This document shows positions 19,337-28,792 of a stretch of 64,000 bases of DNA, in pieces. How positions within the stretch are numbered: position 1 is the stretch's first letter; each line of letters begins with the position of its first letter. Origin of the DNA: an uncultured Gemmatimonadales bacterium (lineage in GTDB: Bacteria > Gemmatimonadota > Gemmatimonadetes > Longimicrobiales > RSA9); the NCBI GenBank assembly GCA_963798085.1, contig CAWCRS010000003.1, positions 128,001 to 192,000 on the forward strand. The letters are read 5' to 3'. A program made the translations under genes and the position numbers. The notes under the pieces were generated by a model that saw only the letters and a program-made list of their open reading frames with translations, had not been told where the DNA came from and ran no database searches.

Positions 19337-20317
19337 TCAGAAGTGAGCGCGTGTTTCGAGAGAAGCGCCGACATTCAGGATCCAGGAATGCACCGTCCCG
19401 TAGAAATGGCGCCCCAGCGACGCCTCCACACCCGACTCGCGCGTGACCTGTTTGCGCAGCCCGGCCTCGGCGGTCCAGTCCGGCTTGTCCAGCAGTCCGA
19501 GAAATCGTTCGGCATACACGTCGGCGATGACCAGCAGTGACGGGCCTGTGAAGTCGTGATCCACGGCAACGCCCGCGACCCAGTGCCGGTTGCGCAACCG
19601 GACGATTGCCGGGACAACCTGGCTCGTGGGATCCAGGATTGCCGTTCCCGAACCCGAGACGCAGGTCTGGGCAGCATGGATCACCGCGTCGTTCGGCGCT
19701 GGGCCGCACGGCACATCGGGAGGCGCCCTGGGTGCCTTGCCGCTGCACGGTATGCCAAAGGCAATGTCTGCCAGTGTACAGGCTTTGAGCTGCGGCTGCA
19801 GATCAACCGCGTAGCTGCCGAACTGCGCATTGAAGTGCACGCGCACGACGCCGAAGTCATACGACGTAAGACTGCGCAGCGTGATAGCCCTGCCGCCGCT
19901 TCGGGCGCCGCCGACCGGCTCGTACCAGTCGCCTTCGAGTGCGACGGCGGGTCGTCGCTTCGCTTGTGTGAAGACTCCCTGAAACAGGGAGAAACCCGCG
20001 CCACTCATTCCCCAGCGGGGCACCGCACCCGGCTCGCGATACACGAACGATGTCCTGACCTCGATGGAAGTAAGAGGCAGGATGCCGTACGACAGGCCCG
20101 GCTCGAAACGCCACCGTCCGATCTCGGAATCGAAGCGCTCGAACCGCGCGCCGGGCAGGTGCAGGTGGAGTTCGCCCTGCTCTTCCGGCAGTGCATCGCC
20201 AATGCGGACCGGGTGTCCAACGTCCGATTTGAGGTAGCGCCCCTGGCAGAAAGCACGCGACGGCATCGCCATCAGGGCGAGCGCGCCGAGCGCCGCCGGC
20301 AGCAGCATGCGGTTCAC
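19337..20317 (-). CDS. Putative outer-membrane beta-barrel protein; start 20308 or 20317
   Basis: Signal peptide, amphipathic beta-strands, C-terminal Phe; Cys-rich insertion. Confidence 0.55.
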   Translation of the reverse strand: MNRMLLPAALGALALMAMPSRAFCQGRYLKSDVGHPVRIGDALPEEQGELHLHLPGARFERFDSEIGRWRFEPGLSYGILPLTSIEVRTSFVYREPGAVPRWGMSGAGFSLFQGVFTQAKRRPAVALEGDWYEPVGGARSGGRAITLRSLTSYDFGVVRVHFNAQFGSYAVDLQPQLKACTLADIAFGIPCSGKAPRAPPDVPCGPAPNDAVIHAAQTCVSGSGTAILDPTSQVVPAIVRLRNRHWVAGVAVDHDFTGPSLLVIADVYAERFLGLLDKPDWTAEAGLRKQVTRESGVEASLGRHFYGTVHSWILNVGASLETRAHF

Positions 20318-20496
20318 GCCACGCCGCCCACCCTGCCGCAGCTGCCGCTGCGCGCTGCAACCCCGGCCTGCTGCCTCCCGCTCAACCCCGCCCACATTGT
20401 CCTTCGTGCAGGTACGTCTCCTGACACACTGTTACTTGCCCATCGCCCCGTTGCGACGGCTGAACGCCGGAGCCCCGATGTCCGCGTCGAGCCACG

Positions 20497-20635
20497 CCTC
20501 TGTGCCGTGGCCTCCGTGTGAGATGATCCCCCTCTCCGCGTCCTCTGCGTTCTCCGCGTGACCTCATGCGCTCCCCGGATACTCCGCGTTCCCCGCAGTG
20601 AGCCCGTTCCATTCCTGCGCCCTACCCTCTGCGCG
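20497..20635 (+). repeat. Tandem degenerate 9-mer (CTCYGCGTN)
   Basis: CTCCGCGTC CTCTGCGTT CTCCGCGTG at 20534-20560, with more copies near 20512, 20582, 20627. Confidence 0.7.
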
Positions 20636-20661
20636 CTCGCCACACGTCTGCGAACTCCTCG

Positions 20662-21447
20662 TCACAGGCGCAGCAGCTGCTGCCTCACAATGCGCCCGCG
20701 GATGCGGCTGACATTGAGTTGCTGCCGGTTGCTGAGAGTGACGACGTAGGTTCCGCCGGGCATGGGGCTCACGCGCTGGACCATGTCGATGTTGGCAAGT
20801 GTGCCGCGCGAGAGGCGGACGAACTGCGCGGGGTCGAGCCTGGCTTCCAGGTCTTTCAGCCGGAACGTGATGGTGTGGCGCTCGCCCGATCCGAGCGTGA
20901 GGTGCAGCAGCTCGCCCTCCGCGATGATGGATGCGACCTGATCGACGGGCACGATGACAATGTCGTCGCGGCGGCGCACGGGAATGCGCCGCAGGTAGCC
21001 CGTGCGCGTTCCCACCTCGTAGTCCACCATGGCCGCGCGCAGCCGGATCGCGCCTTCGCCGGGCTGGTAGTCCGACTGCTCGAGCCTCTCATGCGCGCGC
21101 GCCAGCGTGCGCCGCAGCCGGGCCGGCTCGACCGGCTTGAGCAGGTAATCGATGGCGTTCAGCTCGAACGCGCGCACCGCGTATTCGTCGTATGCAGTCA
21201 CGAATGCGACCAGCGGCACGCAATCCCGTTTCAGCAGTCGCACCACGCCCAGGCCATCGATCTCGGGCATCTGCAGATCGAGCAGCGCGAGGTCCGGCTC
21301 GACGCTCTCGATCACGCGCACAGCCTCCGACCCCGAACTCGCCTCGCCCGCCAGCTCCACGTCGTCGCACGCGCGCAGCAGGTCGGCCAGGAACGTGCGC
21401 GCCGGCCGCTCGTCATCGGCGATGACAACACGGAGTTTGCCGGTCAT
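20662..21447 (-). CDS. LytTR family response regulator
   Basis: IADDE, LLDLQMP, FVTAYDEYAVRAFELNAIDYLLKP, LytTR domain LDPAQFVR..VSR. Confidence 0.95.
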   Translation of the reverse strand: MTGKLRVVIADDERPARTFLADLLRACDDVELAGEASSGSEAVRVIESVEPDLALLDLQMPEIDGLGVVRLLKRDCVPLVAFVTAYDEYAVRAFELNAIDYLLKPVEPARLRRTLARAHERLEQSDYQPGEGAIRLRAAMVDYEVGTRTGYLRRIPVRRRDDIVIVPVDQVASIIAEGELLHLTLGSGERHTITFRLKDLEARLDPAQFVRLSRGTLANIDMVQRVSPMPGGTYVVTLSNRQQLNVSRIRGRIVRQQLLRL

Positions 21448-23390
21448 GACGGCACACCCACGGCCGAGTCGACCGCTTCCGGGGCGCCGATCAGCGGCAT
21501 GCGCAGCTCGACCGTCGTGCCGACGCCGGGCGCACTGCGCACAGCCATGGACGCATCCCCGCCGAACAGCTGCTCGAGGCGCCGCTGCACGCTGGACAGG
21601 CCGATGCCCTGGCTGCGCCGTCGCTCCAGCTCCACCTGGGTTACGCCCACGCCCGTGTCGAACACGCTGACACGCAGCGCGTCGCCCCCCGTGACCTCGT
21701 GCTCCGCTCGGGCCTGCACCACGATCGAGCCGCCCGCCGCGCGCGGCGCAATGCCGTGTTTGACGGCGTTCTCCACCAGCGGCTGCAGGATCAGCGGCGG
21801 CACCGATACGCCGGCCAGCTCGGGCGGCACATCGATCGTGACGCGCAGGCGTTCCTCGAAGCGGGCCCGCTCGATGGCCAGGTAGGCCTCGACGATTTCG
21901 ATCTCCTGGGACAGCGTCACGTATCGGCCATCGACGCGGCGCAGCACGGCGCGCAGCAACTCGGTTAGCCGGTACAATGTCTGGAGCGCGCGATCCGGCG
22001 CCGCGCGCATCAGGTATCCGATGGTGGTCAGCGCGTTGAACAGGAAGTGCGGGTTGAGCTGGGCGCGAAGTGCCCGCAGCTCGGCTTCGGTGGCCAGCTG
22101 CAGGATTTCGTTCTCGTGCATGCGCCGCTCGACGCGCTCGCGGGCGAGGCGCAATGCATCAATGCGTTGCCCGGCAGCGACCGCTGCCGATTCCAGCATG
22201 CGCAGATCGTCGCTGAGCAGAACGCGACCGCCCTCGAGTCCCGAGATCTGCAGGATGTACGAGGGCAGCTCGGCGGTCGCGACCTTGGCCGTCGCTTCCT
22301 GCCGTCCTTCGCGCGACACCACGTTGATGGGCGGCCATGCCGCGGTCGGCGCTTCGACTTCCGACCAGGCGAGGCGGCGAACGGAAAGCGCAGGACCCAG
22401 AAGCCGACACGTCGCCTCCAGCACTTCGATCTCGCTGTCCAGCGCCGCTACGGCCGCAACGATTTCCGCGCGCACGCGGCGGTAGTCCACGCGGCGCAGC
22501 ACTACGCGATCCACGAAGCGGCTGGCGCCCATGCGCAGTGCCGGATAGGACACGGCGATGGCCAGCCACAGCGTGACGAGCGCGCCCACCGCCCGCGGGT
22601 CCAGCGGGTCAGCGGACAGCTGTGGCAGCACGAACGGCACCACGATCGAGAAGTAGCCGGCAATGATGATGAGGAGGACGGCCACGAGCGCGAGCACACG
22701 TTTGAGGAAGAGATCCGCCAGCGCGAAGCGGTAGTCCTGGTAGAGAATCGCGATTGCCAGCGGAATCGATGCGTGGTGACCGACCAGCTCGACCCACCAG
22801 CGATCCGCTTCGCTGCCGTGCAGGCTCTGGTGCAGTGCCATCACGGCGAAGGCGGCGAGCGCGACGCCGGAGAGGCCTCGCCGCCAGCCCGGCCGGCGTC
22901 GTGTGAGGACGGCGAGTGCGGCCGTGAGTGTCGCGTATCCCGCGGACAGCAGCAGCAGTCCGAAACGACTGGGTGCCACGTGCTGTACCGCGGCGGCCTC
23001 GAACTGCATGAGTGCGGCCGCGCCGCTGAGCGCATACGAAGTGGCCACCAGCGCGCGCGAACCACGCCCGCGCGGAAGATTCTGCGATGCCGCGTGCACC
23101 ACCACGGCGGGCAGGAAGCCGAGCGCGCCGAATGCAATGGCCACAGCCCACGCCGATGGTGTCGTGCCGGCGAGATCGCGCAGTCCGTAGACCGCCAGCC
23201 CACCGATGTTCCACACCACACCCAGGCCGGCCGTGGCGACTGCCATGCGGTCGATAGCATACGCACGTGGTCCCTCGCTCGCCCGTCGCGTGCGCCCGCG
23301 CACTGCCATGGCACCCACCATGGCGTACAGCGCGGCGCCCGTCACGAAGCCAACGAGGTGAACCAGCGTCGACAGATCGTTCGTCGGCAT
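21444..23390 (-). CDS. LytS/YehU-type sensor histidine kinase with multi-TM N-terminus
   Basis: RAQLNPHFLFNAL, LQPLVENAVKHG, DTGVG, GIGL; ATGA overlap with the regulator. Confidence 0.93.
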   Translation of the reverse strand: MPTNDLSTLVHLVGFVTGAALYAMVGAMAVRGRTRRASEGPRAYAIDRMAVATAGLGVVWNIGGLAVYGLRDLAGTTPSAWAVAIAFGALGFLPAVVVHAASQNLPRGRGSRALVATSYALSGAAALMQFEAAAVQHVAPSRFGLLLLSAGYATLTAALAVLTRRRPGWRRGLSGVALAAFAVMALHQSLHGSEADRWWVELVGHHASIPLAIAILYQDYRFALADLFLKRVLALVAVLLIIIAGYFSIVVPFVLPQLSADPLDPRAVGALVTLWLAIAVSYPALRMGASRFVDRVVLRRVDYRRVRAEIVAAVAALDSEIEVLEATCRLLGPALSVRRLAWSEVEAPTAAWPPINVVSREGRQEATAKVATAELPSYILQISGLEGGRVLLSDDLRMLESAAVAAGQRIDALRLARERVERRMHENEILQLATEAELRALRAQLNPHFLFNALTTIGYLMRAAPDRALQTLYRLTELLRAVLRRVDGRYVTLSQEIEIVEAYLAIERARFEERLRVTIDVPPELAGVSVPPLILQPLVENAVKHGIAPRAAGGSIVVQARAEHEVTGGDALRVSVFDTGVGVTQVELERRRSQGIGLSSVQRRLEQLFGGDASMAVRSAPGVGTTVELRMPLIGAPEAVDSAVGVPS

Positions 23391-23550
23391 CAGCTAGTCC
23401 GTCCGATCGCGCAGTCGATATCGAGGAACGCGCGCATCCCGTCCTCCGCAAGCTACTGCGGTGCGCCAGCGCTACACCACGCCGCCGGCGGCGGGCCGCC
23501 GGGCGCCGGGGCTCCCGCCGCCGGCGCGACGCGGCTGCGCTCGACGTCGG

Positions 23551-24154
23551 TCAGTTCACGCTCGCCGGAAAATCGATGCTGAGGTCCGTGTCGAACGTCG
23601 AGCCGAGACCATCGCCCTTGGCAGCCTCGAAATGGTGCAGCTCGACGTGCAGGTTGCAGCTGGCCGTGGTCGGCGCATTCGCATCCACGACCACCTGGAA
23701 CTTCAGACCCACCGGCTGCGGCGTGGGCGTCTGCGTGTCCAGATCCAGACTCGACACCGGAACCGTGACGCCGCCGCAGTCGAATGTGTAGAAGAAGCGG
23801 TGGAAGTTCGCTTCTTTGCGTACCTCGTCGGTGATGTTGATCACGTTCTTCGAGTCCAGATCGTTGAGCAGCTCGACGGTCCCGTCATAGGTCTTGCTCT
23901 TGTTCAGCGCGAGCACGCCCTGCGCCGCACCCACCGGCTTGGGCAGCTGCGTGCCATCCGGATCCACCCGCACCGATGACACGGCGCCCCCGCCACCGAT
24001 CGGCGTGAGCGTAATGGTGACGCGCGAGATGTTCTCGGGATCGCCGGCGCCCTCGAATGGGTGCGGCGGGATTGTCGCAGGCCGCGCCTGCGAGCAGCGC
24101 GCCCATGACGAGTGGGAACAGAACGTTGCGACGGCAGACCTCCCCTGCGCTCAT
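23551..24154 (-). CDS. Lipoprotein-like partner of the TonB receptor; apparent +1 frameshift at ~24056
   Basis: AGGAGG SD; signal ending GAAC; removing one base gives PIEGAGDPENISRVTITL.. joining NITDEV..EANFHRFFY..ELHH..TDLSIDF. Confidence 0.72.
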
Positions 24155-24212
24155 GGCCAGCCCTCCTGATGGTCGTATGGACGGGCGCGGTTTCGCCACC
24201 CGCCTGCTGCTT

Positions 24213-26687
24213 CTAACGCCCTGTTTCATGGAAGGGCACGGTGAAGCGCAGCACGACGTCGCGCCCCGGCTCATCCACGAACAGGCGATAGCGGCTCAGA
24301 TAGTCGCGATAGCGCGTGTCGAACACGTTGCGCAGGGCCAGGCTGGGCTCCACGTGCAGCTCGCCGACGTGCAGCGCGGCCGCACCCAGCTCGAGGTTGT
24401 AGAGGCCGTAGCCGGCGGTGGGCAGCTTGTAGATGGTCACGGGCGGCACGCGGGTCTGCCGCAGCACCTGCGTGGTACCGATCTCCAGCCACGGCCCCAG
24501 CAGATGCTCCCCGCTGCCACCCGTGAAGCGGACCGAGGCCGTGATGCGGTCGGCCGGCATGTCGTAGAGCGCGGCACCCGTGGCCCGATCGCTGCCGCGC
24601 ACGATGTTGGCATTGCCGTAGAACGAGAGCCAGGCTGCGGGCGTCAGCTCTCCGGTGATCTCGAGGCCCTTTAACAGGGCGTTAGCATGGGCGTAGTCGT
24701 ATGCGGGATAGGCGCCGCGCACGGTGACGACGGGGTCGCGCGGTTCCAGGAAGATGAAACCGTCGATCTGGTTGCGGTATGCGCTCAGCTCCAGGCGGGT
24801 GCGCGCGCTCAGGTGGCGCAGCGTGCCGTCCACGTTGAACGAGCTTTCCGGACCCAGCGACGGGTCGCCGATCTCGTACTGCGCCGTGCCGTGGTGCACG
24901 CCCTGGCTGAAGCGCTCGTTCACGTTGGGCGGACGCCAGGCCCGGCCCACGGTGCCGCCCAGCGACCAGCTGCCGCTCAATTTCCACGACGCGCCCAGCG
25001 AGCCCGACGCGCCCAGGTACGTATGCCGGTCCTCCGGGCTCACGACCACCGGCGCGCCGAACTGGTACGCGTGCTGCCAGCGGTCGTCGTAACGCGCGCC
25101 CGCGGTCAGCGTGAGCCGGTCCAGACTCAGCTCCTCCAGCGCGTAGACGCCCCCCGCATACAACCGGTACTGCGGAATCAGGAACGAGCGCCCCGGCGAC
25201 AGGTTGCCCTGACGCATCCCGCTGAAGCCGATGGTTCCCGCCAGTCTGCCGACGGGCGGGTGGTGGTACTTCACGTCCAGCGTGTGCGTATACAGTTCCA
25301 GCGCGAAGGCCGGACGATTGCCCACCGCGAAGCCGTGATTGTCGAACTCCTGCCGGTCGTTGTACTGGAAGCCGTACGCGACATCGAGCCGCGAGCGCGG
25401 CGTGAGGTTCAGCTCCGTGCGCCAGGCCAGCAGCTCGTGGCGTACCTTCTGATCGGGATGACCCAGTGTGTAGGCGAAGCTGTTCGTGGTGTAGGCGCTG
25501 TCCATGGCGCGCTGCAGGTCGTCCAGATTGCCCACGTGCGCGCCGATGTAGAGGCCGAGGTGCGTCCCGAAATGACTGTAGTCCAGCTCCGTCCGGCCCC
25601 ATGACCGGCTCATGCCCAGGGCCGCGTTGAAGTCCAGCTCCTCGAACCCTGTGTTAGGCAGGTAATACGCGGGCGCGCGCGCGTCGCCCGCACGGCGGGC
25701 ACTGAACTGGGCGCGCCAGCCCAGGGCGCCCAGCCCGGGCAGCCGCAGGTCGCCGCCCTCCAGCAGCAGCGAAGCGGCGCCCTGGCGGTTGTTCCAGAAG
25801 CTGTTCGTGGACAGCTCGCCGCCCACGCCGCTGCCTGTGGGCAGCGGCCGCGGCATGACGCGCACCACACCACCCAGCGCGCCCGAGCCGTAGAGGATGG
25901 TGCCCGGTCCGCGGATGACCTCGATCTCGTTGGCGGCGAAGGCGTCCACCTCGGGCGCATGCTCGCCACCCCACTGCTGCCCCTCGAGCGGTACGCCTGA
26001 TGTCACCGTGGCGATGCGCTGCGAATGGAGCCCGCGCACCACCGGCTTGGCGATGCTGGGCCCGTACTGGATGACCGCGACGCCGGGCAGCTCCTTGATG
26101 GTCTCCACCATGGTCTGCCCGCGCTTCTGCTCCACCTGCTGCACGGTCATGGTCGTCGTGGCCTGCTTCGCGTTCAGGAAGGTGGCCGTCTCCCGATCTC
26201 CGCTCACATCGATGCCGGACAGCTCGACCGCTTTCGTAGCCAGTGCCACTTCCACCACGGCATCCGAGCGCGTGAGGTCTACGCGCCGGTGGGCGTTCGC
26301 GTAGCCCAGCTGCTCGATCGCGACTGTGACCACAGGCGGCAGGAAACCGGCAATGCGAAACCGCCCCGTGGAGTCGGAGAGGACGGACTGCCGGGTCTCG
26401 ATGACAGTGATGTTCGCGCCGGCGAGCGGCTGGTGCGTGGCCGAGTCCGTGACGATGCCGACGATCTGCCGCCGCGATTCCGCGTGCTGGATCTGCTGCG
26501 CGCGGAGGGAGGCCGTTCCCCCGACGAGCAGCAGCGCCGTGGCCATCGCGCAGCGAGGGAGCGCGCCGGGCGGGCGCCAGCGCGCGCGCTGGTGCGGCGG
26601 AGTCGTCGCCTGTGACCTGAGAACGCCGGACACCGGGCCGCGCGGCGGGCGCCGGCCATGGCTGGGAATGGTGCATGCCTCATGCAT
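24213..26687 (-). CDS. TonB-dependent receptor (metal-uptake type); true start probably downstream (e.g. 26546)
   Basis: Carboxypeptidase-regulatory-like N domain, plug KPVVRGLHSQR..GGEHAPEVD, IEVIRGPG..LYGSGALGGV, RNVFD..YRDYLSR. Confidence 0.93.
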   Translation of the reverse strand: MHEACTIPSHGRRPPRGPVSGVLRSQATTPPHQRARWRPPGALPRCAMATALLLVGGTASLRAQQIQHAESRRQIVGIVTDSATHQPLAGANITVIETRQSVLSDSTGRFRIAGFLPPVVTVAIEQLGYANAHRRVDLTRSDAVVEVALATKAVELSGIDVSGDRETATFLNAKQATTTMTVQQVEQKRGQTMVETIKELPGVAVIQYGPSIAKPVVRGLHSQRIATVTSGVPLEGQQWGGEHAPEVDAFAANEIEVIRGPGTILYGSGALGGVVRVMPRPLPTGSGVGGELSTNSFWNNRQGAASLLLEGGDLRLPGLGALGWRAQFSARRAGDARAPAYYLPNTGFEELDFNAALGMSRSWGRTELDYSHFGTHLGLYIGAHVGNLDDLQRAMDSAYTTNSFAYTLGHPDQKVRHELLAWRTELNLTPRSRLDVAYGFQYNDRQEFDNHGFAVGNRPAFALELYTHTLDVKYHHPPVGRLAGTIGFSGMRQGNLSPGRSFLIPQYRLYAGGVYALEELSLDRLTLTAGARYDDRWQHAYQFGAPVVVSPEDRHTYLGASGSLGASWKLSGSWSLGGTVGRAWRPPNVNERFSQGVHHGTAQYEIGDPSLGPESSFNVDGTLRHLSARTRLELSAYRNQIDGFIFLEPRDPVVTVRGAYPAYDYAHANALLKGLEITGELTPAAWLSFYGNANIVRGSDRATGAALYDMPADRITASVRFTGGSGEHLLGPWLEIGTTQVLRQTRVPPVTIYKLPTAGYGLYNLELGAAALHVGELHVEPSLALRNVFDTRYRDYLSRYRLFVDEPGRDVVLRFTVPFHETGR

Positions 26688-26838
26688 TCAGCAAAGTTTG
26701 GACTGCCCGGTCTGCACCGCATTTTGTATCCAATGAGTGGTACATGTGGCCTTACGGGCGGTCCGGCAGGGCAGGCGAGCGGTCTGGCGCAGGAACGCGC
26801 CACCCCCCATTGTGTATGCCTTCGCGATATTCGGGGCC

Positions 26839-27210
26839 ATGACTTTCGCTATCGAACGACGGTTGAACGGCGCTCTGCACACGAGTGTTCGCGCCCTGCG
26901 CAAGGGTGCGATGCTGCTGCTTGCGGCCATGGTACTGGCCGTGGGCGACGTGTGGCCGGTACTCGATCAGGGAATTTCCGTCGGTCCGGAATCCCGTCTG
27001 TCGGTGCCGGATGCCGGCTCCTCCCAGCTGATTCCGCACAATCACGCGTTCTGTGCACTGCTCGGCTCCACACCGTGCCTCCCCGGCACGGCCACGCCGG
27101 TGCACACGGTCGGCAGCCACGAGGCGTTTCTGCCACCGCTCGAAGCGAGGACCGCGCGCTCCATCGTCGCTTTCCATCACACCCGCTCCCGCGCACCCCC
27201 GCTCTTCTGA
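26839..27210 (+). CDS. DUF2946-like His/Cys leader protein ending in RAPP
   Basis: Hydrophobic N-region, HNHAFC..PC, C-terminus FHHTRSRAPPLF*; directly precedes a metal-uptake operon. Confidence 0.65.
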   Translation: MTFAIERRLNGALHTSVRALRKGAMLLLAAMVLAVGDVWPVLDQGISVGPESRLSVPDAGSSQLIPHNHAFCALLGSTPCLPGTATPVHTVGSHEAFLPPLEARTARSIVAFHHTRSRAPPLF

Positions 27211-27308
27211 GGCTTGAACGCGTCGCGGCCTGACGTTGCCGTGACGCGGCACTGGTCGCGTCCGGGCAACCGGACACGCACGAGCCAACGGAGTCCGGGA
27301 GGTCATCC

Positions 27309-28678
27309 TTGAAACAGAAGTGCGGGAGCATCGCCGTCACCGCGGCGACACTGTTCTGCCTTTTATTCACGGGCGCCGGCCAGGCAGCGGCGCAGGAACG
27401 CACATCCGTCGATTCGCTGCGCCTGCGCGTGGACTCGCTGATGCGCGCGCTGGACAGCCTGCGCATCGCCATGTCGCTGATGCAGGTCAACGGCGCGCGA
27501 CCGGCGGCGGTCAGGGTGGACACGGCGGACCCGCTGGCCGCCATTCGCGCCGCGGCGGCGGCAGCCGCGGCGGGGGGCGGTGCCGCGGACACCACGGCCA
27601 CGCCCACCGCCGGTAACACGCAGTTTGTCGGGCGGCAGCGCAACATGAGCATGCTGAACCCCGAAATCAGCGTGACCGGCGATATCTTCGGCTTCGTCGC
27701 GTTCGACGAGCAGAGCGCGTCGGACAACTTCGTGCCGCGCGAATTCGAGCTGAGCTTCGTCTCCAATCTCGATCCCTACTCGCGCGCCAGGATCTTCGTC
27801 GCGCACAGCACGCCGGGCGGTGAGGTGCTGCCCTTCTCGCTCAATGAGACGTCGGGTGATGCGGGTGATGTGGAGGTCGAGGAAGGCTACGCCGAGTACG
27901 TGAATCTGCCCGGCGGTCTGAGCGTGGCGCTGGGCAAGTTCCGGCAGCGTTTCGGCAAGTTCAACCGCTGGCACGCGCACGCGCTGCCCACGCAGCAGCT
28001 GCCGCTGCCGTACATCGCGTTCTTCGGTTTCGAGGGTCTCAGTCAGGCGGGCACCTCCGTGCACTGGCTCGCACCGATCCACCGCGGCGGCACCTATGAA
28101 GCGTGGGGCGAGCTACGCGCAGCAGCAACGATGTGCTGTTCGGCGACTCGCACAAGCTGAGCGCCCTCGCGCATGTCAACGGCTTCTGGGAACTGAGCCC
28201 TTCGACGTACTTCGAGCTGGGCCTTTCGGGCCTGACGGGGAGCCGGGTCGACCCCGAGACGCTGCCCGCATCGGCGCCGCACTCCACGGGCAATCGCACG
28301 CTCGGTTTCGATTTCACGCTGGACTGGCGGCCACCCGAACGCTCGACACGGCAGCAGTTCACACTGTCCGGCGCCGGCATCATGAATCGCCGCGTCTATC
28401 CCGGCGCACCCGACCTCACCGCGCACGGCGCCTTCGCGATTGCCGAGTACAAGTTCGACATCCGCTGGACGGCGGGCGGGCACTACGAATACACGCAGAA
28501 TCCCGAAAATCCGGATCAGCATGCGTGGCTTGCCGGGCCCACGCTCACGTGGTGGCAGAGCGAGTTCGTGCGGCTGCGCGCCGAGTACGAGGTGTTCCGC
28601 GGCCCGCTCGACCGCTTCGGCCAGTTCGTGTTCCAGGCCACGTTCGCCATGGGACCGCACAAGCACGAGACCTACTGA
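27309..28678 (+). CDS. Porin-like outer-membrane protein of the metal-uptake operon; frameshift at ~28113
   Basis: Signal plus coiled coil, LNPEISVTGD, REFEL..DPY, EEGY, FGKFNRWHAH; second frame SEFVRLRAEY..MGPHKHETY. Confidence 0.78.
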
Positions 28679-28684
28679 ACTGAC

Positions 28685-28714
28685 GGTTGCTGGGGCTCGG
28701 GCCGGGGCTGGGGA
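28685..28714 (-). repeat. Partial modular repeat arm inside the metal-uptake operon
   Basis: GGTTGCTGGGGCTCGGGCCGGGGCTGGGGAA. Confidence 0.6.
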
Positions 28715-28792
28715 AGTGCGCAGAGGTGGGTTGGCAGGGATTGAGACAAACAGAATGATTAGCGGAAGCCATCGCATCGGCAGGGAGTGGAA

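Noticed and set aside
19718..19729. Internal RAPP in the barrel-like protein as an arrest motif
   Set aside because: Mid-protein in a Pro-rich loop with no downstream gene to control; likely chance in GC-rich codons
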